DNA of 64,000 nt from Balanoglossus misakiensis (Eukaryota; Animalia; Hemichordata), in assembly GCA_040954595.2 (NCBI GenBank), contig CM082594.2, positions 4,015,319 through 4,079,318 of the forward strand. The letters run 5' to 3'. A program made the position numbers and the translations under genes. The notes under the pieces were generated by a model, which ran no database searches, had not been told where the DNA came from, and was given only the letters and a program-made list of their open reading frames with translations. Positions 1 through 14,543 of this stretch are shown piece after piece (position 1 is the first letter of the stretch; each line of letters begins with the position of its first letter).

Positions 1-3000
1 ACACTTTCATGTTTTATTTGTTAACCTCGTATGTATAATTGAACTTTAATACGACATTATGATGATTTAATCAAGATCAAAATGTCTCCATACAAAAATA
101 CATAAAGTTATTTATTTTATGGGAAAGAAAAACTTCAGCGCACAGTGATGTTTGAGACAAAAATAAATATAACTGCAGAATTTTTTGTTTAACTTACACT
201 GTTACAGGTGGCAAAACTAAAAGTATAGAAAAATACAAGTAGCATGTCAATACATCATATTTGTGCAAATATCACCGATTCATTTTGATGGATCTAGTAC
301 TGTGTTCATAGCAGGAAAATATTTGCTGACAGTCGGTTATTTTTGCTGGCTGCTGGCTATTTTTTACATGATGTACATCCCGGCCTGATAACCGAATCAG
401 CCCCTATTAAAATAGGTTATGAGAACTGTACTGAGATACTTTCATTTCATGAAACAGGACAGTTTCTAAAGAAAAAAACTTCTGTGTTTCATTACACACA
501 AACGTTCTATTTTATTTTTCCCCGAATTTTTTCAGTAAAAACACATCAACATCATTTAGGTAAAATTTTCCTGGTATCATGTTTGCTTTGGACACATATA
601 TGATTTCATTTCAATTTTGAATTTTATGCATCCATACAATGCTTGGACTAAATCGTTAGGGCTTGACACTGATTGATGGATTAATTAGTTAGATTAAAAG
701 GTCAGCTTTCACTTGCTTAATTGGCAAAAGTCATCTTTTCTACTTAAAGTATGCACCCATGCACCGAATGAACTGACATCTTGTATACACAGAAAAATGT
801 TTAAATGAGTTTGCTTGTTATGTATGTACGTGTATTTCATTTGTAAATACGTGGAAAAACGGAAACTGAACACACTTTTAAATAAATTTAGGTGGAACGG
901 TTGTTTCAAAAGAAGCGTGGTGTTTGCACAATGCACAGAACTTCACAGAACCGATTAAAAACTGAAACAGAAAGAGGCAATGATTGCCAGTATGCCGGTG
1001 CAGTGCAGTGAACCAAATGTTCCTGAAACTAACATGATCTAAACACAGTAGTGCCATGGTATAATCAGCTATTATACTCAATACATATCCGAATCTCAAG
1101 ATTACAGATGAATAAGAAAACAAAACAAGCAAATCTTTGCATACCGTCAACATTATTTAGGTTTTTTAATGATTTTGAATCAAGAGCACAACGTCATGAG
1201 TGACGCAGCAATGTTAATTACTTGGGGCTTTTCTCTGACCTTGACCCAGCACTTACAAATCCTATGTACACTACTGTTGACAAAATTGCTTCCATTCTTG
1301 CTTGGCATGAAAAACGTTGCTATTTCCGGCTGTTTCGGGTAAAACTGAAGGTAGCCAGTAAAGAGCTTGAATGACCTGAGGGTTGTTTGTTTATTTTTAC
1401 ACTCAGGTCAGGTTCACTTTGTGTAGATGGCTTTTTTGTCAACAGACATAAAAAACAGGCTTTATTTATTGCCACTATTGTACAAAACCGACAAAAAAGA
1501 CATGCCAATTTTCATCAAAAATGGGGGAAATGCTGAAAAACAAGAAAGTACATTTTGAAATGGACAATAGAAACAGGGAAAACGCATCACAGTACTGACG
1601 ACAGCACAAGTCCCAACTGCAAACCTATTTTAAACCACGGTGCCATGCATTAATCATTGACACATCTGTCACTGTATTTTAATACTCTCACCATGAATTT
1701 ATAACCTTGTTCAAATTGAAATACTGGCCATAGCTGCAGTACAAACTCCATACTGTCCCCAGTCTTTTGCTGTTTCTGACTTTTTCAGAACAAAAACCTG
1801 ATGGACTATTTTTTCAATATATACACTGTAAGCATGCGTATGCAGATGGAGGTAAATATTTGTGGTACGACTGACTGTATGGCTGACTGACGCACAGTCT
1901 GGTTTCTGTGACAAATGTTGGGATTCAACACATACATCATTCATCCAATTCTGCTTCAATTTTAAAATCAACAGCAAAGTTAATGAATTTCATTGTACAT
2001 CAAGATTTTTGAGGATATATTCATGTATTTTTTTTCCTTGTTTGTACATGCTAAATAAGTTTATTACACTGTGCCTTACATTATCATTGAAAATAACACA
2101 GAATATTGAATGGAAATTTACACTGTTGTTTTCAGGTGGGGTTGGGTTGGGTGTCCCTTGTATTGTAAATGACCTTAAACCATACACATCAGCTTACCAT
2201 ACAAAAGATTGAGATCCATTAATCAGAACATACAAAACACATATCCCTGAGTATTCCTGATAATCCCACCATAAAGATCACTGAGCAGCTTGACATCCTC
2301 GGATTACAACTGTACTGCGTTGTTTCTGAGACTTTTAACTTGACCCGTTTCCAGAATGTTCAAAAGCACTGGCCCATGTGTAGTTAACTGTAACTCATAT
2401 CCCATTTTATTGTCACGATGTCACTGTGAAACTGAGAGATACATTTTACCCTGCCCCCAACATGACTTGGGCAAGTGTTAATATTTTCTGTGGTATACAA
2501 TCACTGTACATGCATACTTGGAAATGGGGTGAAAGGGTAAAAACATTGTATATTGTGCTCAGAAAATTGTCCAGTATGTCACAGAACAGAAGTTGTGTCC
2601 CTTTCAACAATTTCAGGGAAGGGCTACAATCATTATGGGCATCTCTGAAATCACAGCAGACGGCTGTCCCCCTGCGTAACGAACACCCATGGTGTATGGA
2701 AGGTGGGGCTTATTCTGCCATATTGCATACAACCTGCAATCCCAATGTACAGTATTGTACAGCTATGGATTTTATCATAAATTTATACACTGATCACTTG
2801 AATTACAAAACAATCATGGCTACTAGCAGATCTAAGAAATGAACAAGTACCATAGTACTGTAGTGTAAAGAGCAACATACAAGCTTGCATGTCTCGGTGC
2901 TACTGCATTTCGAATGAAAAGTAATGGCAATGATGCCTCTTGCAAAATGTAGATGTTGCCATGGTTCTCCAATGACATTGATATTTGTAAATATAGGCAC

Positions 3001-4098
3001 AGATCACTCCAGACATACACAAAGGGTTTCTGATGATGGTGAACTGGTAGCTATATCACTAGAAATGAGAGTGAACATTTATATTTTTTCCAGACAACCT
3101 TCCACAAGTTGACTGGGAGAGGTCAATGTTTTTCTGGAGAATTCACAGCGCATGTGAACAGATTCATGTGCAGGGGGACTTCCCTTTTCAATGTCTGTTA
3201 ACATCTGAATTCTAACGCTAAGAATATTTGGTAAAGCTTGCCATAATTTAACTTGGCAGGAATGATTTTTCTCACCATTTCCGTGGCACATTGCGTATTA
3301 CAGAATAAATATGCACACGCAGAAATCACTCCCTGCCCCTGCACACACAGAAATCACTCCCCAACATTGATTCTTTGGATAAATGGCAGACCAGAAATTC
3401 TCTTGACAGAGTCAATGCAATATACAACACGACCAAAATGGATGATCCGTGCCAAAGACGCTTTTTTTTCCACTGCTCTGCTTTTAGCCAAATCAAATTA
3501 CCAAACACAAAGCCCCTCCCATGGTAGTACCACTACTCAAAGAACTAAATACAGTTTCTCATTAAAAACACGGGGGAACGCAGGGGCAGGAATTGAAAGC
3601 TTGGGTCTAAGCTGCGTTTTGTTCGGAAATCCTGAGGAGATATCAAGCTATTGAAAACTTGTCAAGGTACTGCAAAATTATGTAAATTCTTCCTGTTTTT
3701 TCCCCTTTCTGCTAATAGGTGAGGGGACTTCTTTGTTTTCACATAGCACGTTGGTCCAACCCAGAGTTTTGGCTCCGTAACGGCTAACCAATCAAATAAA
3801 AAAGTTTTCATTTGTGAGAAATTCATTTTTCATTAATCACATTGAGTATATGAGCATTGATAAACATGGTAAGACATGTATGTTCAAATGTAAACTATTT
3901 GCGCGTTCATTTTTTTATGCTACAAAGCTGTATAATTTAGCCTGATTACAAAATGTACCATTTCCAAGATTTTCTTATTTGGCTTATTTCATTACATTTT
4001 CCCCTAACCAAATGATCTGTTTTGAGACAAATCTCATGAGAGGCAATGCAGGGACCCTGCCTCTGTGTCCACATAATGCCAGGAAGGAAAATACATAC

Positions 4099-5400
4099 CG
4101 TATTCCTAAGTCTTGGCAATGAAGCAGTTCTTGCAGTTACTTATCTCTGGGTGGGGGTGTACTTGATTGCTGATATTCAACTCTGGTGATCCAGATCCTT
4201 TCCAGTGTCACTTGCAAACTTGTTGATTTCTAATGAACAGCTCTCATTTCTAAAATACTAGAGCAAAGTTGTGCGGAGAGTGTGTTAACGTTCACGTTTG
4301 ACTATTAAAAAGTTCATTAACCCAGTTTTGGGATGTTAAATTTTGTTTGCACACTTGTCTGAATGATGTTATAAGAAACTTTGATATGGTGTGTACGTTC
4401 AATTCAAGTGTAACCAGTCTTTACGTTGGGAATGGGGTACTTAAAATATTTCAGTGGAAACTTCTCATATATTTTTTCATATTAGTTTTGAAATTTTCTC
4501 AAATTTGGAGATGGTAAAATGGAAAACACAGACTCTTTACAGTACTTGTGACTTGTGTAAGAAAATTCACATACGTGCAATGTACATCCATCCCCACATC
4601 ACACATACCATATCGTACTAGTGCATATTTTCAGACAAAAAGATGTATTGTTGTAAAAGTAGATATGATTTTTTCTTTCTACACAGATCACCAGCTTAGA
4701 CTGAAACTATTATCATCACTACAAAGTTAGAAAGACTTCGTGTCCTCTTAATGAAATTGACATTATAATTCTTTTTTTCTTTAAATATGAATATTCTGCT
4801 CCACAGTGATCCAACTGTATTTTTACGGTCGGGCTGTAGACAGTGTACTGCACAAATGAATGTGAAGGTGTCGACAAGAGTAAATGTATTTCAGTACTGC
4901 GTTTGCTGGCTGGTTTTATAATTTCGCCACAGACGACCTCTAGCCAAGCAGGAAGTGCTATGTACATATCTAATCTATTTTCGTCTCCTCAGTCCATGGA
5001 CACCCACAAAATATCTCACTTTCAACGAGTAATTCTGGATTTTAAAAATGCCAAAAAATCATGCATGGACGTCAACATAACACACGTCCATGTTACACTC
5101 AACAGGGCGCACATATATGCCGTGGCTGCTGCGAGTTCACATTTTTTTCACCATCGCCCATTCCAAGCCACGTATGGATATGGGGCTTGTGACGACGACG
5201 TTCTCAACAAAACATCACCAACGTCATTAAAATCAACCCGAAAAATTCTTATTTTCGTACTTTATGGACACTTACCAGTATTGATTAGTTGTGTAGACCA
5301 ACTACGGCTTGAGCTAGGCATATATTCGCCATCAAAGTTGCTTATTTTGACGGGAAACAGCTCAACGTGAGAGGCGTGTACGGGGAAAAAATTTACAGTA
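4099..5400 (-). other. Probable 5' non-coding exons of an unidentified minus-strand gene running toward the left edge of the window (exons ~5400-5276 and 4249-4099)
   Basis: On the - strand: donor CTG|GTAAGT at 5275, acceptor TTTTAG at 4250 and donor ACG|GTATGT at 4098, next to a CpG-enriched promoter-like region at ~5100-5550. The spliced sequence holds only short ORFs. The left 4 kb shows no recognisable protein family. The TSS is approximate. Confidence 0.35.
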
Positions 5401-5997
5401 ATGGAGAGAAAGAAGGCAAAACATTTTAGTGGAAATCGAACTCTCGCATTTCTCGAGAATGACGAGAAACTGTAGACCTACTAGCCTCGCCAAAGGTCAC
5501 CACTTGTGGCGTTTATAATTATATTGACATTTGATTAGCGTCGCGTAAAATAAATAAAGAGAGAAAATATCATGATTATCACGAGGGAAACGTTAATATT
5601 AGTCATTCAAGATAATTTTACTTTTTAATTTGCCAAAATATTTATCAGTTTCCCCAAATCTGATGTAGGGGTCAGCAGATCACAGAAAAGCCCTTTAAGC
5701 TAATCATAAAATGTCAAATCCGATATACGGATAAAAACTTCTAAATTAGTTTTAAAAATGCTTGATTTGCTCATATACATTAAATAAGACATTGGTGTTT
5801 TCCTTTAATAACAGTATAGATTGGTATCTGTTCCATAACTAGGAAGCTGCCTTAAATTTGTGTATTTTATAATTTATGGTTAGTTAGGGGGTTTCTCATA
5901 GAACCTACATGTGAAGAGTGGGAAGGTGACACGACAGCGGCAGGCTTCAGTCCGGCGAAGACGCACAAGCTGGGAAACCCTTGGGTAATTGAAGAAA

Positions 5998-7234
5998 ATG
6001 GTCGAGTGGAAAGATAAGGAATCATTCTTTGAACAGGGTTTCGACAACAGGGTGTTTATTATCCCGGCCATTATAATCGTTCTAATAGTTGGTAAGCGAT
6101 TTTCTTTTATTTTCTTTCTTCCATGAAATTTGTAAACATATGTGTACATCATGATCACTGTATGATATCCGCCGCTACTTCAGCGATATTATCGACAGGG
6201 CTATTTCTTTTTAACAGCTTTCTGTGGATTTAACCGTAACAATAACTGCTGTTTGAAAATGAAACGCCACAAAAACAATCTTGCTTTAGAATTGGAAATC
6301 GCACTCCCCGTTTGAAATGAACACAATACGATACATACATGTACGTGTTGACTGCAATTACAATTTACAATGTACATGTGTACATGCATTTGGGAAGTTG
6401 TTTTAAAATTTTACGAGTAAGCCGGTGTCATATTGCAAGAAAGCAAGAGCAAAGCGAGAGTCAACAAAATAACTCTACATTGCTTTATTAAAAAGTCAAG
6501 AAAAACAGCACAAGTAATTGGACAGAAAGCCACAATATGTTAACTTCTCCCAGGCTGTGTACAATGTCACATTGGTGTTTATTTTTGAGCTCGTTAAATT
6601 TTATTTAAAAAATATGTTTTAAAAAATGTGGTTAAATACCATAGTTCAAAATTATGATTGTGTTTTTTTATTACCAATGTACAAATTATAGTATAAAATT
6701 GTAAAACAATATTTTATTTCAATAGTCAATGATACATACCAGTCAATGGAGTTTTTTATGGCTATTTTTAAACACCTGTTATCATAACTCACAAGCCTTT
6801 AACAAAACAACTTTCAATTCATCAAAGGAACACATGTAATGTATGCATGTACTAAATTACTGGTACTCCCAACACTACTTGGTTCTACTGATGTATTTGT
6901 ATGATAATGTGATAATGGGGGGAGTACATATAGATTATCAAATTACGCAAGTAAAGTTCAAAGTCAGGAAAAAAATCCATAGGGAGTTGATTTGCTTGTG
7001 AATTGTGATCGATATTACACAATTTATGTAAACATATTGATGATGCATTTGTGCTCATTATAATATTACATAATTTATGTAAATTTATATTTGTTACATA
7101 ATTTTACCTTTCTTCGTTTTTGCATAGCTTTTGCAGCATATAGATTGTACTCCAGCGTGTCGAGCAGAGAGCGGGCGAAGAAGGAAAAAGCGCTGAAGAA
7201 AAAGGAAAGGAAGGAGCAGAAGAAGAAGAAGTAA
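5998..7234 (+). CDS. 66-aa single-pass membrane microprotein (SMIM-like), exons 5998-6091 and 7128-7234
   Basis: AAAATGG start; phase-1 donor G|GTAAGC at 6092; polypyrimidine tract and acceptor TAG ending at 7127. Spliced frame: MVEWKDKESFFEQGFDNRVFIIPAIIIVLIVAFAAYRLYSSVSSRERAKKEKALKKKERKEQKKKK*. One hydrophobic helix spans the splice junction and is followed by a Lys/Glu-rich tail. Confidence 0.8.
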
Positions 7235-7763
7235 TCACAAACTGTAAACCACTTTCAATTTATGAAGATGACGACAAGTTGTATTTTACAATCATCGATA
7301 GGAATTTTCAACACAGTGAAGAAATGGAAAAGCTGATGTCAATGGGAGTCGTTAGGAAACGGTGCAAAATGATGGGTATTGTTAGAGTTACAACGCACAG
7401 CAGATTTGAAGGACTGATGAGTGAAGATGTGTGTGTGCCTGGTGGTCTCCTCATGGAGTGGCGGTCATTGCTGCAATGTGACAACACCGGCTCAGTTGTA
7501 GAATTCATAGTGAAGAGGTTTTGCCTTTGACTATAATTGTGCTATCACCGCTGTGGTTCTACAATAGCTTTGAAGACTGCTTCACACAGGGTCCATATCT
7601 CTTCATGTCTGATGTCTTAGCCAATGAAATATTCCTATTTTGTACAGAAATCATTCAATGCAAGATATATATGTAATCATATCCGCAAATACTTGAACAA
7701 GCATTTTGCTGTTTGATCCTTTTCCAGCTGTTACTATCCCTTACAGTACTGAAATCTTTTTAA

Positions 7764-7848
7764 CCCTTTCACCACACTGGTTTGGTCCAAATCCATTGTT
7801 TTCTATGGTTGAGTTGGATCTCTATAGAGGGAACTGGGGGTGAAAGGG
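7764..7848. mobile_element. ~85-bp piggyBac-type MITE (family A), copy 1
   Basis: TTAA|CCCTTTCACC...GGTGAAAGGG|TCAA; shared core GGTTTGGTCCAAATCCATTGTTTTCTATGGT; related copies at 9900, 13023, 15078, 22212 and 51966. Confidence 0.7.
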
Positions 7849-9899
7849 TCAATGGTCAAATATTAATTTTCAGTGCTATAAGGGTTGGAGAGAAGAAAGT
7901 TAGTAAGAAATTGCAAAATACATAGAAACAGAAGTGTGAGATGGTTAAATTGGTGAGGTGGTTGCTAAATGCTTTAATGCCCTGACCTGTATTGCCCATA
8001 TGTGTAAATGAGCAAGTTACAGAACAAAATCAATTGTCTGTATTAATTAAAGTCACACTGCTGCTTTGTAAGATGTCTTTTGTGTTCTCACAGTCGATGT
8101 TTGCCCTTACAGCTATGTGTGAAACAAGGATGAATCAGGGGGCCCTTTCAAAGAAATTTGAATTATCGTTAGCCCACCTAAATACACTGAGTGTGCACTA
8201 ATCTGGATAAAAATGGCTGTTTCTGACAATCTATATGGGTCATGCATAATTTAAGGGGAAATAGCAACTGTTGGACCTCAAAAGATGAATTTAACAAATC
8301 TTCACAAAGCAGGAATGTTACTGCAAAGAATTTAGGTTTGACATATAGTAGGATGATCACAGAGTGTCGTAGACAAAGTGCTTAGGTAAATATAAAAATG
8401 TGCAAAGGCTTTTTTCTAATGGTGTCAAAGATGTCGTCGTGTACATTGCATTCATCTCATGCAACAAGTTATTGAGTATACAGAAATGTGTTCAGTCATT
8501 GGTCAATAAAGTTCTAGTGACACCTGTTGTACATGTACAATATGTAAATACTTCAGCGACTACTATATCTATCCAACGTATTTACATGTTGTATATAAAA
8601 GCACAGTGAGAGAAGTACAATCAGTGGTTCATGTGTTACATTAAAAAGTCCCACAGAAAGCAAGACTGTTAACTTTGTGTCATGAATAGAAGTTCACCCT
8701 GCTACCTGGTCATTGCAATATAATTTATCTCATGCAGTGGTGTGAATATGTTGTTACGACCTTTGTAGCAGTTTGTCATGACACTGACAGTACCAGACTT
8801 GTGATGTCTTGTATGCACTGCAATAGCTTGACTGTTCAGAACGCACACAGTGATGTAGGGCCATGCCTCATAATGCTTCAACTGAAATATATGACTTCAA
8901 AAGTGTACACCTCTTCCACATTTATGACATTTTATGTGATCATCCTACGCATTGCCACAATTTTAACTGATCTGCCTGTACATATTTTTATTGTTGATAA
9001 TTTTTAAAGTGCTTGTACAATTTCTCATCAATTATGTGAAGAGAAACCTTCACTACTGAAAAGATTTCAGCATTAGAATAAAAATTCAACCACCTAAAGA
9101 AATTTCTTCAAATGTCACTTCTTAGAGGCACTGGCAGCTGCATCTAATAATAGCATTATTTTGATGGTTTTTATGTGTCATTATATTTGTGTATTGCCAA
9201 GAAAACTACTTTCAACTGAGGGGGTGTTTATCTGTTATTTCATACAAACAGTGCCAGTGGTATGCCCAAACGTTCTTCATGTGTGTATCTCAAAATGTAG
9301 CCACCAGTGAACCCAAAACTGTTTCTATCAACATGTTGAGTGAGATCAAGAATTGACTATTTTATAAGTAATGTGAAAAAATGGTACAGTATATTTTCTG
9401 TGAAAATTGTGTTGAGTATGCTGGTTGGGACTCTTTCTGGCTTATCTCCGAGAAAATATCTTTTGTTGCAAAAAGTGACAACAGAGTGACTTGGCTGAGA
9501 GAGTATTGTGAATAGAAAATCTGGAAAACACATGTGGCTGCTGGGGGTTTATTATGTTTGTACAAGCTTTGATCTTTACGCCTTAGGGGGCTCATCTGCA
9601 AGGTAGCACAGAAATCCTGTGTGACCAGGGAAACATGGAACCTTCATAAAGTCATAACCCCGTCTGTCATTCATCATCATCGGTATTGTGACACATTTTT
9701 TTCATGATTGTACGACTTCTGTCATGATTTCCAACTTGACCAGTGATTCAAACAGTAGTTTACTGCACAATCTGCAGATGATTCCCCAGTTCTATTTAGA
9801 CACCTTGAAAATACACAAAAGTCTGCCTCAGTCGGTTTTTGAACGTTAAACTGTGTCCATTTTAACCTCACTTTCCTGCAGTGTGTTTCCAATTTTTAA

Positions 9900-9985
9900 C
9901 CCTTTCCCCCACCATGGTTTGGTCCAAATCCACTGTTTTCCATGGTGAAGTTGGACCTCTTCAAATTGAAATAGAGGTGAAAGGG
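9900..9985. mobile_element. Family A piggyBac-type MITE, copy 2
   Basis: TTAA|CCCTTTCCCCCACCATGGTTTGGTCCAAATCC...GGTGAAAGGG. Confidence 0.65.
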
Positions 9986-12900
9986 CTTATTGGATCTAAC
10001 AAACACAATAATACAAGGGATTTTAGGTGAGACACAGTGCATTGTAATAATCAAAGTGCCGGCCATTTAATTGTGAATCCTGTGGTTTAGATTGTTCAAT
10101 CCCTCTAAGATATCTCATCAGCTTAGTCCTGTACTATTCTCAGCTTCACAGCAGTCACATCTGGCTGTATAATACACATATCTATAGTACACATTGGCTG
10201 ACATATCTGTTGCCAGTTGATAAGGGTTAGTTGTAGCACTGCAGTAAACTCCAGCACTCATTCAGATATTTCTGTGACAAGTTTTTCTGACTTCAATGAA
10301 TTGATTTGAATTGTAAATTTTGTGGGATGACTTCAGTTCATGTCGAACTTTCTTCTGTACTGTGCTATGTGTCAATCTAAAAGTAATAAATTTTTATCAT
10401 ATTTAAAGTCAACGTCGTCTTCGTTTAGGGTTTTGTATGACTGAGAAATGATTTGATTTTTTTCATGATGAAGATGAGTTGCTATGTTTATCATAACATG
10501 CATTTTATGCAGAGTTGAACAATGAATTGACCTATGAGATGCAACTGTGTGAGATTGTATCACATCAGCGCTACATTTCAGCTAGTTCGATTGAATTGAG
10601 AATTTGAATTGACACTCACGAAGGAAAAATAGGGGACAAGGTTCAATTTTTACTCCGTACCAATAGACTAATATGGCAAGCGAATATCAACCAGGAATAA
10701 TTTATTAAGAGATTACAAACTTAGGTCAAAGGTTGCCCATGATAACACCATAACACAATCAAGTTGTACCTTTTGGGTCAAAGTTCACTATTTAGTCCAT
10801 TTTAATTGGCCCGTTGATAATAGTCCCTGATTGGTTAATTATACTGGGTCTCGTCCACATTGTCTACACTGACCAGATATCATGACAGGCATCTCTCATC
10901 AGGTAGTATGCTAAACTGTATGCGCTATCAATAATCTCAGTTGTATGTCATAAAAAACATAACTGACCTCAAAGAATGTCATGTCACCAACTTGTAAAAT
11001 CTGAACCATAATGCGAGATCATATCAAGGGTGCCAAGTTTCTAAAATTTGAATTCTCATGACAAAAAACTGAGAATATGCAGCTGACTATTCAGATCAGC
11101 ATATCGTCACAGAGAAATACCACATGAAAGGACAGGTTAAAGATCTAGCCAACTAAGATTACGGTACGTTCAAAATACAAATTTACAGTAAGAAGTACAT
11201 ATTCTAATGTAACTGCACAAAACCTCATAACAGGGTGACCTCTAGATATAGATGACATTGAGAGACAAGGACTTAGTGACCTCTACGTGACATGGATGGA
11301 TGGCAGACCAGAGGACCCTCCGATGTCATCCAGAGACGACAAACTGGGTGTTTATATATCAAGCGTAAACATAACACAAAATCACTTTCTGGGTTAAACA
11401 CGCGCACCACAAAATACAACAAGGTTTTATTTTCCAACTTTTATTTCACCTCTAAAAAGCACAGAAAGAGCAGCTAAACTTCAGCAATAAAAATAGCAAC
11501 CAACAAGTCTATACAAGTAACGCTTTGAAAAACACACAACTGCAACAGCACAATGAAAGCAAATCGATTTCATTGCAGAAATTTAAAAAATTTAAAAATG
11601 CCCTTGTGAACATACAGGTTTAGATAGCCGACAAGCTACAGAATGCTTCAATGTCATTGTTGACGAATAAATATACATTTCATTAGAATTCAATTCCTCA
11701 TATATGAATTTTAAAAAACTGTTAAAGTTTATTATGCTTCTCATCACCTTGTTTCATGAAGATTTGATGAAAATTGGACCATTTCTGAGTATGGCACTAT
11801 TTTGAACTGTGCAGTGAATCACCACTACGCACATAACAACTCAAGTATTGACATCAGTGTAAACATAAACATGTAAGAGCTGGGTACTATGAGAGCTAAA
11901 AATCACTCGAATTTCCACAAGTTATTTTTTTCAGCAGTTTTCACAGTGTACGAAAGTCGGTCAAACATGACATTTTCTGGTGCGACACTGCGTTAATTAC
12001 TGGATGGCTAAATAAATATTCTGGTAATTCCCACCCACCCAAAATGACACAGATAAAAAACCGTGATTAAACATTGTGTTGGAATATACTACATTATGCA
12101 TTGTAAATGAAAATAAGACAAAATGTGAAAACTGGTGCACACATTGGTAATGTGAACAAGAGTTGTCGAGTGAGGGCGCTCTTCACAACAAACCGATTTT
12201 CACAAGTGAACAGAGAGTAGCATGACCCCGAAGTCCCCGGCATACAAAATATTTCAGATTATACTGACAAAAAAACAGTGTTCAATTGTAAGTTTCTCAC
12301 CCCAATGTTGGTAAATATTTTTAAGCCTACAACTCTGCAGATGCAAGTATCCAAAAGTTATGGCAGAAAATTAAGAACACTGCAACATTGTCAAACAGGG
12401 AAAATGCCATGACCAAATTTAACACACATGGCTGCATTGAAACAAAACTGCAAGAACAATTTCAAACACAACTTTTCTTCAAAACAAATGAAGACAGCAT
12501 AGATTCACCCATTCCCCCTATTTCCTTTTAAATGGATTCAACCATAGCATTGAAACTAATTGAGTTAAAGCAAATTAAAGGCAAGGAGGGGTGATAAATT
12601 AAGAAAAATAAGAAAGAAAACCTTGCTCTAGTATAACCTGACTTTGAAAACTTCACGCTAACAAACCAAATAAGTACAGTTTCCAAATACTCTTACTGCA
12701 TTCAAAACGATGTCATACTCGTATATTTGCATTGTGTTTTGCATTAACACCAACAATGAAGACAAATTCGGCACTGCAGGGATAAAAGTAAACAAGATTT
12801 CATGAAAAAAATATGAGTAACATTTAAATGAAGTGACTGGTCCCACAATGGGAAGAAATACTTTTTGCATTGGTGTGTTGCTACGGCACCACAAGATGAA

Positions 12901-13022
12901 TAAATACTTAAAATTTAAACTCTGAAATTCTCATTTTAAAAATTGAAGTTCCCATTAGCTGCATCTTTTGGACTTTACATGAAAATGGCATTTCAACTAC
13001 TCTGACATCCTCTCAAGTTTAA

Positions 13023-13092
13023 CCCTTTCACCCCCAGTACTCTCTTACCATAGAAAACAATGCGTTTGAACTGAACCATGGTGGTGAAAGGG
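13023..13092. mobile_element. Family A piggyBac-type MITE, copy 3 (reverse orientation, internally deleted)
   Basis: TTAA|CCCTTTCACCCCCAG...CCATGGTGGTGAAAGGG|TTAA with both TTAA flanks intact. Confidence 0.7.
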
Positions 13093-14380
13093 TTAAGAAA
13101 TGCTAATTTGCTTGTGTAAGCAGCATCAGGTGACTAAAACTATTCTTTATTTATTTAAAAATTTTAGTGTCATTTTCATTTGCATCAAATGGATTCACCA
13201 GCACTGTTTGTTCAATACAGAAATGTCAGTATTTCATGCTGATTTTTGTGTCATTTTTTATGAACAAAGAATTTCTGCCGGCATGTGCATTGGCGGCCAT
13301 ATTTAAAGGGTCAACCCCATGTATTTTTTATTCTACAAACCTACTGATAGTTTCATGCCATGGGTGTAAACATGTTGAGTGACACATTTGAGTGAGCACT
13401 TTCTTGAGATTTTATTTTATCAGACACCAAAATCATTTCAGCTAAAAGATGCAGCTAATACCCATATTTAAGTGAGGGTTCGTCAAGCCCCTTTTAAAAC
13501 CTCCATTTTCCAAGCAGCTTTTCAATAACCCTGTTTATTTATTTTTTTTCTTTGGCAGAATTCACGCTAAGACAATTCAACAATTTTTTTTCACACAACC
13601 CACAGTCTTTTTCAAATACTAAAAACTTGTTTGTGTTCAACAGATATATCATTATGCTTTTTTGTTAATAGTGAACGACAGATAGCCAAAGCGGCAAGAC
13701 CGTTGGCTTATTTGTGAGTTATCTACTGATTTGGGAAACAGCAATTACAGTATATTTATGATAGTTTTTAGAGAGAAAGTTAACCGTAGTTGTCAGTACA
13801 TGTATTTTGTACAGAGGATGACTTTTATAGTTTAGTATATTCTGTAAAATCTTAAAAGCCACGAACCTAACTGTAGAGAACAAATCTATGAGAAACGTAC
13901 GGAAATGACATATTCGCATAATTAAGCCCACAGATGGAGCTTAAACAACACATTTTGTTTAAAATTTACCGATGAACACAAACTGGCGAGGGACAATCAT
14001 TGAATTGTACTCTGCATTGTAATTTACATCAAATACGAATAGTTCATTTATGGCATATGTTCAGCCAATCAGATCCACACAAATATGAAACAGTCATGAA
14101 TAATTCATATCCATGTGTTCTGCCAATCAGACTCAAGTTTTTGTAAAAATGACATAAAACAACTTGAATAAGATTGTCTGATTAGCCAATCATAGGCCTT
14201 GGGCCCCAATTAAATCTCTAGGAGCAATGAAGCCTACTGAGCTCATTTGCATATTGAACTTTCAACTTTCAACTATGACCAGCTGCAAACATGAATATAT
14301 ACATGACATAGACATTTAATCAATTTTTTAATAATGCTGTTTTAAAAAGTTAACCTCTCATATTACCCGCTGAGGCATCG

Positions 14381-14543
14381 ACTTTGAACTCCAAACTTAA
14401 ATTTGACCTGTGCTAGGCCATGAACTTTTGAACTTCACCACCTCTTGTATATGCTAAATGTAAACTTTGAACTAACTGGTATATATATCCTTTGAACTTT
14501 GAACTCACGCTTTTGACCTATGCTGTGGCACAAACTTTGAACT
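14381..14543. promoter_or_regulatory. Cluster of nuclear-receptor half sites (TGAACT/TGACCT), including DR1 and DR2 arrangements, just 3' of the CPT1 stop codon
   Basis: CTTTGAACT near 14382, 14465 and 14535; TTTGACCT near 14402 and 14512; TGAACTTTTGAACT at 14421 (DR2); TGAACTTTGAACT at 14493 (DR1). Function is inferred, not shown. Confidence 0.35.

Noticed and set aside
1257-1400. Possible minus-strand exon ending TTT|GTAAGT (MEAILSTVVYIGF or MPSKNGSNF...)
   Set aside because: No downstream exon or homology visible within the window to support it.
12954-13460. Inverted pair ATTAGCTGCATCTTTT / AAAAGATGCAGCTAAT
   Set aside because: Probably an old TE remnant, but termini and target duplication could not be defined.
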